From: Octopus sinensis
Taxonomy: Eukaryota
Assembly (NCBI RefSeq): GCF_006345805.1
Contig: NC_043020.1
Coordinates: 31,000,001 to 31,064,000 of the forward strand
Length of the DNA stretch: 64,000 bases
Direction of reading: 5' to 3'
Every line of letters begins with the position of its first letter. The first letter of the stretch is position 1. The translations under genes and the position numbers were made by a program. Shown one piece after another: positions 51,051 through 63,309 of this stretch. Under the pieces are notes generated by a model. That model searched no databases. It worked only from the letters and a program-made list of their open reading frames with translations, and was not told where the DNA came from.

Positions 51051-51520
51051 GAAGAGGGTATGAGCTGTAAGACCCAAAACATCCAGTAATTCCATGATGC
51101 AACACTGACAAAATGTCTAAGTATTGCCCTTATGGAGGCATGTTGAACTGATATACATACATTTATTATAATGGCATGGCATTGGTTATGACAATGAGTC
51201 TTGCAGTTGATCTGATCAACAGAACAGCCAGCTTGTGAAATTGATATGCAGGTGGACGAGCATTCCACAGACATGCATAGCCTTCACATAGTTCTGAGGG
51301 AAACTTAATCTGACAAGAATGAGACAAAGCTGGCCCCTTTGAATTACAGGTACAACTAATTTTTGCCAGCTGAGTGAACTAAAGCAACATGAAGTAAAGT
51401 GTCTTGCTGAAGGAGACAATGTACCACCAGGAATTGAACTTTTGACCAGGAATCATAAGCCAAATATCCCAACCACTAAGCCATGTGTCTACATACATAT
51501 ACATAAGTATATACACACAT

Positions 51521-51690
51521 ACGAGGGGATGCTGGAAAGTTCATGAATTTTAAGGTATCACAAAAGGCCTGGTTGGAGGCCCAACCTTCAAAGTTCTTTT
51601 ACAAAGCTTAGAAAAAATGAAGGACTGCTGCAATAAAAGTGTGTGAATCTGAGAGGGGAACATGTTGAATAAAATCATTATTAACTGATC
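51521..51690 (+). mobile_element. Mariner MITE, partial copy of the 8987 family
   Basis: TA|CGAGGGGATGCTGGAAAGTTC..GAGGCCCAACCTT..TGTGTGAATCTGAGAGG matches 8987-9150. Confidence 0.7.
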
Positions 51691-51793
51691 CTTGGGAGGG
51701 TTTGGGGGGGGAGTGATTCAGAGAGAGAGAGAGAGAGAGTGTGTGTGCACATATATTAAGCAAATGCCCTATTTGTTAAACCTTGTCTGTCAG

Positions 51794-51858
<65 letters not shown>

Positions 51859-51875
51859 CATAATGGATGGTGGCT

Positions 51876-52011
51876 TTTCTCACGCATAAGGGGTTTAGCT
51901 GTATGGCATCTCTTCATACCCCAAAACACTATTTGCCTAAGACCTCTTAAAAAAAGTGGAGTGGGAGGTCTGAAGGCATGCCATAAGGCTAAAACCCTTA
52001 TGGGTGAAAAA
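51876..52011. repeat. Fold-back element
   Basis: CATAAGGGGTTTAGCTGTATGGCAT / ATGCCATAAGGCTAAAACCCTTATG (3 mismatches). Confidence 0.6.
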
Positions 52012-53251
52012 CCCAGGGTAACCCCATAAACCAGCCCCCATTATAATATTAACTGCTCAGATTTGTATATTTCTACAGATGGTATATATATATATATATA
52101 TAAACAGAGAGGGGGAGGGGGAGGGAGGGAGGGAGAGAGAGAGAGTGAGAGAGGCTGACAGACCAGCAGATAAAAACATAAGGTGTTCAGGCTAAATTTG
52201 TCAGTTTGCATGAAAGGAAAAGCGAAGGCTCCAGAACTAGGTGCATGTGTTTCACTGAATCCCTGGGAAGATCCTCAAACACCTCCTTGATCTTGGCTAC
52301 CAAGTCAGGCTTGGTAGTGCAGGTAGAGTGGTTGGTACTTTTCTCAATCACACCCTACATAGTAATCTATGGGATCATAATTAGGGGAATTAAGAGGCTA
52401 GAAATCAGAGCTGGCAAAGTCATAGAAATTCTCTGACAACCACTTCTGATTCTTTCTAGATGTATGGCAAGGAGACAAATCCTGCTGCTACCATCTCAAC
52501 CAGGGTTGGAGCACAGTCTCCAGCAACATCACATAGCCATCTGAATTGAGCTTAAGGCCCTGTTCAAAGATGTAGAGCAGTACAATGTCTTCTCCACTGG
52601 ACACACAACCAAACACCATCACAGTTTGGGGAGAACTCAGTTTTCAAGATGTGCATGTTATGTCTTACAATCTTTACAATATTCCCAGAGTATTGAGCAT
52701 CAGTCATGATGTCAGCATTTTGATATCCAGTACAAGCCATCATGATACATTTAACTCTTTTCCAGTACTCAAATGACTTCCAGTCCTCCATATCAGCTAA
52801 CTATTTCTCAACTACATCTTTAACCTTTATGCTCTTCAATGCCATTGAATGCCCACCAATACATTAAGCTGTTTCTTCAGGAACAGCTTAAGTATGATGA
52901 TTTAGCCTGAACACCATGTATGGATGGATGGATTGGTAGATAGATGAATAACGTAGATCTGTCATGATCCTCGTGACTCCTGAAGCCAGACTGGCATTAC
53001 AACCCTCTCCTCTAAACAGGGTGCCGATCTGTTGTGAAGTTAATGCCCTAGCTATTGCTGAAACTAATTAACAGGTGAGTGAATTGAAGCAATAGGAAAT
53101 GAAGTGTTTTATTCAAGACAGCAACACACCACCTGGTCTGGGAATCAAAACCAGGATCCCATGACTGTGAGTGCAAAACCCCGCTAGTTACAGGCCATAT
53201 GCCTTCACAGATTGATAGATAGAACAGAAGAAATATTCAGGTTTAGGTTAC

Positions 53252-53446
53252 CTTTTGCCCCACACTGCTTGGAATAAAAGGTTTAAGGGGTTTCAAAGGC
53301 TTCCGCTTCTCCTCACCAGTTTTGTGTTTTGATAGGGTAATACCCGATGGTACTTTAAAAGGGTTGACTGTAAAATAGTCCTCTGGATGCATGTTTAACC
53401 TAAAAGGTCCATTCTTCATTAACGTCTTGTGATGCTTATATTCTTT
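53252..53446 (-). CDS. CFAP96: CFAP96/C4orf47 exon (195 nt)
   Basis: ctctttcag|KEYKHHKTLMKNGPFRLNMHPEDYFTVNPF..KPFIPSSVGQK|gtaacc; compare recalled human EEHHRLLKGAPFKLNLHPRDYFDANPY..FKPSSPGKK. Confidence 0.95.
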
Positions 53447-53818
53447 CTGAAAGAGAATAAAAATAAATAGATAAATAAAAAGAACAATATTGAGCATCAA
53501 ACTATAATTAACTAATTTAAATTTATTTTAGATTTCTAATAAATTCTGTTTTGCATAAATAGTAATTATCTAATCATACAATCAACAAATGTATTTTTAG
53601 TGTATATTTAGCCCAGCTATTACAGTTAAGTCTACCTAGTCAGTCATTGGTTAGCATTTATCACATGTATATCATTGTTTTGTTTGCAGGTGTGTAGCTT
53701 TTGGCAAACACACATACTTTACTGATAGAGTTTGCTCAGTCTCATCATTGACTGGCACAAGATGTATACCAGGTATCTTTTATTGATTACTTGTTTCACT
53801 GTGCTTCCCTACAATCAT

Positions 53819-53862
<44 letters not shown>

Positions 53863-54732
53863 TATTACCAATGTAATAAGGGAGGGTATCATGTTGGAAT
53901 TATGTGTATTAGATCCTTGCTTAACACCAACATTTTTATATTGCTGACTATCACTCTTTTTTTTGCCATTAAGCCATCACCTGCTATTCAATAGTGACAT
54001 CCTCTTACCATCACCCATCTTCAATGGTATCCATCACTCTGTCATATTACTTCCTCCTCTATTACTCATTGTTGACAATCATCACTATCTCTCTCCCATA
54101 ACACTCTTTATCATGTACCTTCTCACCATCACTTCCTCTCATTTCCAGCACTGTGTCTTCTATCACCCAATCTCCCTATTATTACTCTCTTTACTCCTCA
54201 TTAGATAACTCATGCAGTTTCTATTGAATATCCTTACCAGCAACTATTATGCAGCTGTCTATCACTGTCTCTCTTCCTTTATTCTCTCTCATGTCACCCT
54301 CTCACTCCTGTCACTCTGATTCTTCTCCATTACTTTGTCTCCTCCATTTGTCAGGCATGAAACAACACTCTTGTGTTAATGATTGAACAAATTAAAACAG
54401 CACAGGTTAGCGACAACTCTTAAGCCTTGCAAGTTTTGGTGTTATGATAAAATGTATCTAGTACACACTGTAGACTGGTTAGCAAAAGAAAAGGAATTAA
54501 GCTGTAGAAATCTTGTTCAAAATAGAATATAAGAGGAAGATGTGATTCCAGATCCATCTAAGACAGTAATATCTTCAGTATGAACTGATATAAACAGGAA
54601 AAGTTTGCCATAGCTGTGCCAGCATGGAAAAGCCAAATGTAAAATGAAGATGTCAAGGAGGTTGACTTGAGCCACAGCCTACAAGTACAAATTTGCCTTA
54701 AGAAAGTCACCTTGTTGAATCATGAATTTCAC

Positions 54733-55037
54733 ATTATAGTTTCCATTAAGACAGATTCCTATCTGACTCACAAGTTCCATATAGTTTCTATTAAACCAGA
54801 CACCTAGCCAACACACATCTTTCATATTATAGCTTCTGTTAAGACAGACTCACAGCCAACTTGTGACTGATGTATTATAGTTTTCATTAGGACAACCTTT
54901 TAGCTGACTCAAAACTTTGTAAGTATTATTGTTTCTATTAAGACAGACTCCTAGCCTACTCAAGGTTTACATATTATAGTTTCCATGAAGACAGACTCAT
55001 AACCAACTCATGACCTACATATTATAGTTTCCATTAA
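54733..55037. repeat. Degenerate ~48-bp minisatellite (resumes 56321-56450)
   Basis: Unit ATATTATAGTTTCCATTAAGACAGACTC..CCAACTCATGAC.TAC, starting at ~54733, 54779, 54826, 54874, 54924, 54973, 55021. Confidence 0.85.
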
Positions 55038-56320
55038 CCAAAGTTTTAGTAAGTAAGAAGGTAGACAAATCACAAACCCCTTCAGGTAGATGGCCCTGCA
55101 TGATCTGTAGAAAAGTTGTAGGTAGAAACTCCATTAGATGTACTCTGTGTAAGCTATGTACACATAAAAGGTGCAGCAATAGCAGAGAAAGGTTAACAGG
55201 GAATATAGCTTTTGTGTTTGGAAGATGCACAGGTACAATAAAAACAGAAAATGTACAGAAAACAGACTCCATCAACTGCTAGTGGGAGAAACTAGAGGTA
55301 GTAGATAGCTTCCGTTATCTTGGTGACCAAGTCAGTAGCAGAGGTGGATGCTCCAAGAGTGTAGCTGTGAGAATAAGAATAGGCTGGGCAAAATTCAGAG
55401 AGCTCTTACCTCTGCTGGCAACAAAGGGCCTCTTCCCTCAAAGTGAAAGGCAGATTGTACAATACATGTGTGCAAACAGCTATGCTACACAACAGTGAAA
55501 CATGGATTGTGACAGCCGAGGACATGTATGGGCTTGAAAGATATGAAGCTAGTATGCTTCGCTGGATATGCAATGTCAGTGTGCATGTATGACAGAGTGT
55601 AAGCATCTTGAGAGAAAAGTTAGGCATAAGCGGCATGAGATGTGGTGTGCAAAAGAAACGATTGCACTCATATGGTCATGTGATGCATATGGATGAGGAC
55701 AGGTGTGTGAAGAAGTGTTGATCTCTAACTGTGGAGGGAACTTGTGGTAGAGGTATATACAGGAAGACATGGGATGAGGTGGTGAAACATGATCTTTGAA
55801 TGTTGGGCCTCACGGAGGCAATGACTAGTGACTGAAACCTTTGACAATATGCTGTGCTTGAGCAGATCCATCAAGCCAAGTGAAATTGTAGTCGTGGCTG
55901 ATGCTGGTGTCACGTAACTGGCACCCATACTGGTGGCACGTAGAAAGCACCTTTCAAATGTTGGGCCTCACAAAAGCAAGGTGCTAGTGGCTTGTGAAAA
56001 GCACCTTTTGAGTGTTGAGTCTCACAGAGGCAATGATGAATGACCGAGATCTTTGGCTGTGCTTGAGAAGAAAACCCATCGAGCCAAGTGAAATCACAAT
56101 CAGAGCAGATTCTAGTGTCATACAAATGGCACCAATGTCAGTGGCATCTAAGAGCACCCATTACACTCTCAGAGTGGTTGGCATCAGGAAGGGCATCCAG
56201 CCATAGAAACCATACCAAATCAGACTGGAGCCTGGTGCAACCTTTCAGCTTGCCAGACCTAGTCAAATAGTCCAACCCATGCTAGCATGGGCAATGGATG
56301 TTAAATGATGATGATGATGA
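55038..56320 (+). mobile_element. RTE LINE, 5'-truncated, inserted in the minisatellite
   Basis: RT C-terminus + UTR + (GAT)n; TTAA duplicated on both sides. Confidence 0.88.
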
Positions 56321-57519
56321 TTAAGACAACTTTCTAGCCAACTCATGACTTACATATTATAGTTTCTATTATGTCAGACTCCAAGCCAACTCATTGCTTA
56401 CATATCATAAGCAATCTTACTCCATTAAGCTAGACTGCTACCAGATTCATGAAATATGGTTTCTGATTTCTATTAGCAGACTGTATGGTTGTTGGATATT
56501 AAAGTTCAGAGAGGGGTACAACAGATCAACAAATGGTTCACTACTTTCAATTTACTTACATTAACTTCATGCCAAAGTGAACTTTATTTATAGAACTCAA
56601 CATATATTGGCATCTACCTTTAGTTTTAGACATTTTTTTATGGATGTTTCTTCAGTTATTTCATTGCTAAAAATTTTAAACCATAGACCAACCAGTTCAC
56701 ATTGAATTTAATGACCTTGTTTGTCCTTTATCTTTTACTTGCTTCAGTCATTATACTGCAGCCACGAGAAAGCACCACCTTGAAGGGTTTAGATGAACAA
56801 ATCAATCCCAATACTTATTTTTTAAAAACCAGGTACTTATTCTTATGGTCTATTTTCGCTGAAGTTATGGAGACACAAACAAACCAGCACCAGTTGTTAA
56901 GCAGTGATAGGGTCAAACACAAACATAAAGACATGCACACATGAATACACACAGACACACACACACGGGTATGTATATATACATTATTTTTAACGCATGT
57001 GCCTGTTAGTTTACCATATAAGTGTCTGTATGTACTCATGTGAACTTCATTACGTATATCTGTTAGTCTGGAAGTGAGCGTTTATGAGTATATATGTGTA
57101 TGTTTATGGGTATATATGTATATATTTACATCTATGTGTACCTCTGTACAGTGGTGAATTGGCCAGGTTGCCAGCTTGCCCGATGGCAAGTGGACCCCTG
57201 CACCATTAGAATTCATATATGAGAGCCCATGTTAGTATCTAAGGAGCCCATCCCCTTAAATTTGAGAATTTTTTATTCACTCCTGGAAGAATGCATCATG
57301 TCAGCTTGGCTGTGTTTATAGACAGTGAAAAGAATACTTTTAACAAAAAAAAAAAAAAGAAACATTAAATGATAGCACTGTAGTTGGGAAGGGCTGATGC
57401 CCCCTCTGTTGTGGCAAGACCCCTGCTTCTGTCTCTCTGTCATACTCTAACCTTTCATCCTCTGATATAAGTTCCCCTCCCCAAATGCCCTGCCTCTCTC
57501 ATAATTCCTTGTCCTGTGA

Positions 57520-57820
57520 GTTACTTGGTTATTCTGCCAGTGCTGGTGCCACATTAAAAGCAGCCAGCCCACATTGTAATGTGGTTGGCATTTGGAAGGG
57601 CATCCAGCTGTAAAAATCAGGCCAAAACTAACTTTGCCTGTGCTAGTGTCACATAAAGTGCACTGAATCCTCTCTGTGGAGTGGTTGGTGTTAGAAAGGA
57701 TATCCAAGCATAAAATCCCTGCCAAAACAGCCACAGAAGCCAAAGGTAGGTTTTCTACCTTGCCAGCTCCTGTTAGCCATCCTACCCATGGAAGATAGAT
57801 GTCAAACAATGATGATGATG
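57520..57820 (+). mobile_element. RTE-type 3' tail, diverged
   Basis: GTGGTTGGCATTTGGAAGGGCATCCAGCTGTA..CATCCTACCCATG..(GAT)n. Confidence 0.6.
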
Positions 57821-58019
57821 ATATATATAGTTTTATTTCAAGATTTCTTACTAATAGAGAAAGAGCCAGTTTCTAACCTAGATCCAAGGCTCCTTCATTG
57901 GAATTTCAACATCAACAACAAAGTATATTCGTATGCGTGTATGTATACATGCAGTTTTGTATGCTTTGTTTTATGTATATCTTCTCATGCATATATTTGC
58001 ATATCTAGACATGTGCATA

Positions 58020-58284
58020 TATACTTAAGTGATAAACTTCAAGAAAGTTTTGCAGATTTTAACAGTTCAAACGAGGGATTGGATCTATAGTCTTCGAATC
58101 AACTTTCTCCTTTCTGGTTTTGGGAAGCCTAATTTCTCAAAATTGGTATTTAGGCAGTGTGTTACATATCCCGGTGCTCCAATAATTACAGGTATAAACC
58201 TGAGCTCGTAAACTGAACTCGATAGAATAACTGCAGATTTCTCAATAGTTCAACATAGGTATTCTCTTTTGCACTGATCTTCAG
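58020..58284 (-). mobile_element. R4/Dong-like 3' end (RLE C-terminus)
   Basis: rc: LKISAKENTYVELLRNLQLFY / FIPVIIGAPGYVTHCLNTNFEKLGF..TVKICKTFLKF; parallels 6960-7100. Confidence 0.7.
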
Positions 58285-58315
58285 ATGTATGTATGTATGT
58301 ATGTATGTATGTATG

Positions 58316-58349
<34 letters not shown>

Positions 58350-58780
58350 TGTATGTATGTATGTATGTGTGTGTGTGTGCATGTGTGTGTGTGTGTGTGC
58401 GTGTGTGTGTGTGTGCGTGTGTGTGTGTGCGTGTGTGTGTGTGTATATATGTATGTATGTGTGTGTATGTATGTATGTATGTATGTATGTGTGTATGTAT
58501 GTATGTATGTATGTATGTATGTGTGTGTATGTATGTATGTGTGTATGTGTGTATGTGTGTATGTATGTATGTATGTGTATGTATGTATGTATGTATGTGT
58601 GTATGTGTGTATTTATGTGTGTGTGTATGTGTGTGTATGTGTGTATGTGTGTGTGTGTATGCATGTGTGCATGCATGCATCCATGTATGTATGTATGCAT
58701 GCATGCATTATGTATGCATGTAATGCATGCGTGCATGTATGTATGCATTCATACATGCTTGCATGTATGTATGTAGGATA
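58285..58780. repeat. Compound (TATG)n/(TG)n microsatellite
   Basis: Directly visible. Confidence 0.95.
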
Positions 58781-59054
58781 GGCTTCTTTCAATTTCCACC
58801 TACCAAATTCACTCACAGGGTTTTTGTTGGCTCAGAACTATAGTAGAAGACACTTGCCTAGAGTCCCACACAAGAGATGGATGAGGAATGGGGCTTTCTG
58901 TGAAAAAAACAAACAAACAGAAGATGAGACTAAAAATTAATCTTCTTTGTTATTCTCTTTTTTGGTTAGAAAAGTTTTGAGTGTAAACCTGCTCTAAACA
59001 GGAATGTTCAACTGTTTATTTGTGTAGTATAACCAGATCACTTCAAATACTAAC

Positions 59055-59130
59055 CATATAGTCAGCTTTACATTCTGAGATAGGATCAGACAAATACTTT
59101 GGATAAGGATTGAGTGTAACCTCAGCATAG
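59055..59130 (-). CDS. CFAP96: CFAP96/C4orf47 exon (76 nt)
   Basis: ttttttag|c + YAEVTLNPYPKYLSDPISECKADYM|gttagt. Completes the Gly split with the upstream exon (GG+C) and is phase 0 to the next; aligns to human YANITIG..SAD. Confidence 0.85.
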
Positions 59131-59176
59131 CTAAAAAAGAGAAAATATATCATATACATTATATATGTAAACTGAC

Positions 59177-59219
<43 letters not shown>

Positions 59220-60394
59220 TTAAGCAAGATCATATATAAATAAAATAAAAGAAATCACACACTGAATATGCAAAGAGCAGCTTGCACTTCCCCCCCACAC
59301 CCCCACCTTAACTCTAACTCTCCCCTGATATAAATATTCCCAGCACTCTTCTATATCACCCTTGGCCTGAACAGCCACTCTCAGACACCGGCAACCTGCA
59401 CACTCATCTGGATGAAGAGGCTCAATCACTGGCTATAGATCTGCTACTTGAATACAAGTTAATGCTGACAATATACATAGAGTTATTTCTATCATACTCA
59501 CCTGATGAAATGCATCTGCCAGGATGGCTGAATAGTAGTAATTAACACACATTGTTGTTTGTAATATGTCCAGTGATGAACTGCTGGTTGTGATGCATCA
59601 AAACAATTGTATTGGTCTGTAATAAAGCACGATCAACCCATTTTCTCTTTATAAACTCTATGAATATTTACAGATTTCCACATGTACATCCAGTGAAAGG
59701 CTATCTCCATAAAACTGGAAAATACAGAAATCCAGGACACGTCCAATTCCAAGCTCACTGGATAACTGGTCTGGTATTGTATTGGATTGTCAGATAAGTT
59801 TCTTTGTTTTTTTTTCTATTTATTTTAATCCTTTCAAATGTTATTTAAATTATCATGAAAAATATTTTAACATAGTGTTTTATGATCTTTTTTTAGCAGC
59901 TCCATTTTCCCCCCTAAAACTTTTGGTTATCATTTTTGAAATTTGAATAAATTTTACTTTATTTCAGAAATATGATCTGGGATATGAATAAGGATAAAAA
60001 AAAACAAGAAATTGAATGCATTTATCTGGCAATCCAGTGTATCTAAATTTGTAGAACTATGCAAGCCATTCAAACGCAGATTAATAATTAAATTAATATT
60101 TTCATTGTAGTATTTTCTTTTTCTTTTTAGTGCCATTCTTCCTCTAGAACTTTTATTTATCATTTTTGATATTTGAATAAGTTTTACCTTATTGCAAAAA
60201 TATAATGATAGGGTGTAAAAAGAAAACTATTTTCTGTACAGTATAGTACAAATTATTGATCAAATAAATTCAGAGGAATACTCCCTACTACCAACATACA
60301 CAATCCCACACCATTAAGAAAAGCAATAACCCTGAAACAAATCTCAGTTGAACAATCAATCATTCATTTAATTTTTAAAATGTTTATAACTCAC

Positions 60395-60532
60395 CCATAA
60401 CCAGTGCCTTTTTTTGGTGGATTCGTGAAAATATTTCTTAAAGATGGTTTGAAGGGTGGTGCAGGCTTTGGTGTTGGACTCAGAGCAGGAACTGGACCAC
60501 CAATTGTTCCATAGTAAGAACCAACTCCACAA
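60395..60532 (-). CDS. CFAP96: CFAP96/C4orf47 exon (138 nt); further 5' exons lie beyond the window
   Basis: gcttcag|t + CGVGSYYGTIGGPVP..NIFTNPPKKGTGY+gg|gtgagt; compare recalled human CGLGSYYGTIGGPVP..NLYTNPGKKGTGYG. Confidence 0.96.
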
Positions 60533-60788
60533 CTGAAGCAAATAATATATGATAATAATAAACATCTGATAAATTACAAAAACTGATCTAAGGGAAATTA
60601 CTCTAGACAGCCACTATCGATTTCGAAAATTCACGTTTGTAGTAATAGAATTATTTCCCTTGGTTCTGGGTTCAGTACTACGATGTGACACCTTCCGCAA
60701 GCGTCTTCTACCATAACCTCGGCCTGACCACAACTTTATGAGAGGATCTGATAAATAGATACTGAAAGAAGCCTGTCACTCACTCACT

Positions 60789-60925
60789 CACATACATACA
60801 TACATACATACATACATACATACATACATACATACATACATACATACATACATACATACATACATACATACATACATACATACATACATACATACATACA
60901 TACATACATACATACATACATACAT
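60789..60925. repeat. Perfect (TACA)n microsatellite
   Basis: Directly visible, ~34 units. Confidence 0.95.
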
Positions 60926-60937
60926 GTGTGTGTGTGT

Positions 60938-61168
60938 ATAAAGAAGCAGTTGTGATCGATAAGAAAGGTGGTAGTAGTACCAATAATTGTCGGCGCCCTG
61001 GGAACAGTGAGTAAAAATCTTGAGATATACATGGAACAAATAGGGGTTGTAATAAGGGTGGAGCACTTGCAGAAAACAGCTCTGCTTGGAACCACTCAAA
61101 TACTCTGGAAGGTCCTCGAAAAATAAGAGGTGTAGTACATCTCCAGCGTTAGAAGCTGTGCAAAGGCA

Positions 61169-61200
<32 letters not shown>
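60938..61200 (+). mobile_element. R4/Dong-like 3' end with (GAT)n tail
   Basis: KQL*SIRKVVVVPIIVGALGTVSKNL..LQKTALLGTTQILWKVLEK*, stop at 61124-61126. Confidence 0.8.
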
Positions 61201-61255
61201 ATCAAAAAAATTCCTCAGGAATAAGAACCCATGATTGGGTTCAAAATTCTGCCAG

Positions 61256-61301
61256 GATACCTGATGAAGGCTGAAGAGTAAATCAGCTGAAACATTGTGG
61301 T
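61256..61301 (+). ncRNA. Decayed type I hammerhead motif, family 5
   Basis: GATAC-CTGATGA-AGGCTGA AGAGTAAA TCAGCT-GAAA-CA-TT-GTGGT. Stem III AACATT is one transition from the palindrome AACGTT. Confidence 0.55.
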
Positions 61302-61459
61302 AACAACGAAGAAGATGAGGACACATATCCGTCCAATGTAAATAATGTAAATAATGTACAGAATTCCTCATCTCAAAAATAAAAAAACAGTATTCTATAA
61401 CCGTGTATGGTCAAAGGATGGAAGTTGTAACTAAATTTATTTATTGAAGAAGTACTTTG

Positions 61460-62200
61460 AGCACTGCTGGTTTTGATGAAATTTTATGTAGTATCAGCAA
61501 AGCTAGTAGTGCTTTTGGTAGGCTTGACAAGTGTCTCTGGTCATACCATAGAATATCTTTCCAAAGTTAGGATTTATAGCACATGTGTCCTGCCATCATT
61601 GTGTTATCTGGAAGGGAGAAATGGGTTGTTTATCATAGGTATTTAAGGCATTTGGAACAATATTATCAATATTGTCTTAAGAAAATTTTTGGGATTAATT
61701 GGAAAATGGCCATCAGTGATGTGGAGGTATTTTAGAGAAGTGGTTGTTGGAGTGTAGAATCAATGATTCTACAAAGTCGTTTGAGGTGGGGTGGACATCT
61801 GGTAAGAATGAATGGTGAAAGACTTCCCAGGAACTTTTGTATGGTTAGCTGGAAGATGGTAGAAGACCAGCATGTAAACCCAAAATGAAGTTCAAGGACT
61901 GCCTCAGAATTATTCTGACACAGACAGGTGTTTCAGTTGTTGATTGGGAAAGCGAAGGACAAGACTAAAATGGACAGTGGAAAAGAATGCACAATGGTTG
62001 TTTGAATATTGAAAGAGGGAGAATGAAGCACAAGAAGATTAAGAGAAGTCTTAGAAAGAATGAACCTGTGGAAAATGAGGGAGTGTTGCTTTTTATGTGT
62101 TTAATTTGTGGGAGGAAATGCTTGAGTTGTGCAGACCTGATCAGCCATCAGAGAACTCACAGGAGTCAACCCATTGTAAATTGTGATATGGCTATAGTAC
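61460..62200 (+). mobile_element. RTE-BovB-like LINE 3' part, degraded
   Basis: SISKASSAFGRL, KPKMKFKDCL..W, and terminal CLICGRKCLSCADLISHQRTH zinc finger, typical of BovB-type ORF ends. Confidence 0.75.
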
Positions 62201-63309
62201 ACAACAGAGCATGTGCAACCCTGTGGAAAGGTGTGCCTTTCAGATATGTGTGTTTAACTCTGAAAGGCTCTGAAATGATGCATCCTCAAGAAAAACAAAT
62301 TTGAATTTCAAAATCTGCATCCCAAAGAGAATGTTGTCTGTAAATAATAATATAAAAATATAAATTTCAATGAGAAATAATTTGACTTTTAGATCTGCAA
62401 ATCTCACACTATCTATCTATCACCATCAATCCATATCTCTTTATATATTCATCACACACTTTGTCACTCTCTCTCTCTCCCCATATATGTGCATTATCCT
62501 TCACACATTGCTTTCAATTTGTTTAAAACTTCATCTACTAATGTTTACTTTTATTCTATGACAGCTATCATGTACAAATCCTGTTTTCTGATTGGGTAAA
62601 AATGATCAAACGTTAAACCTTTGTAATATTTTTCTAAAATTTTTCTGCAGTAAATAAATCACATACTTGGATTCAGTATGAAAATGTACATCAATATACG
62701 AAAATTTGAGAATTTCCAATTAATTTTAAAATTTCTAAATCTGCAGCAGCAACAGAAAAGATCTCTCTCTTTCCATTTTTCCGTCTCTTTCATTTTCTCA
62801 TGATATATTTTCTCATTCTCTATAACGCATATCATTCATGCTTAGTGCATGTGTTTGTTAGTGTGTGTGTGTGTAAGGAATTTCATTAGAGTGACACTGA
62901 TTTTAAAAAGGTATGTAAAAGATAATTTATTTTAATAGCATATAGTATATGTTTTTCTTACACACACGCACACACACACACTCACCTGGTGCAGTTTGTG
63001 GGGAGGTTTAAAAATTTAATTACAAATTTTGTTTTGTTGTTGATTATATCCCAGTAATGGACCATTGCATCATCATTCCATAAAATGTGTTTATGTGGAG
63101 AAAAATATTGAAAAACATCAGCATATGTCAGGGTGACAAAAAAAAAATTAGGAAGATATCAAGTGGTCATGAGATCTGCTAGAAACAGCTACATCTCCCT
63201 TAAACCTCTCAACTTTACATCTGAAAATTATTTTGATATTGTATGGTTATCTGGTGGGTGATGTGGAAACTGGGGATTGATGAGTGCTTAACAAGAACTG
63301 AACAGGCCT

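Noticed and set aside
59502-59618. Extra minus-strand CFAP96 exon with a GTGAGT donor
   Set aside because: It is out of frame with the flanking exons, which already join in phase, and has no similarity to CFAP96.
61987-62304. Host C2H2 zinc-finger gene
   Set aside because: A single finger continuous with upstream BovB-type RT C-terminal motifs; it is the LINE ORF end.
62986-63100. Upstream CFAP96 exon (open frame ending at a GTGAGT donor)
   Set aside because: No adjacent AG acceptor and no resemblance to the expected KKNLGKAFLPS segment.
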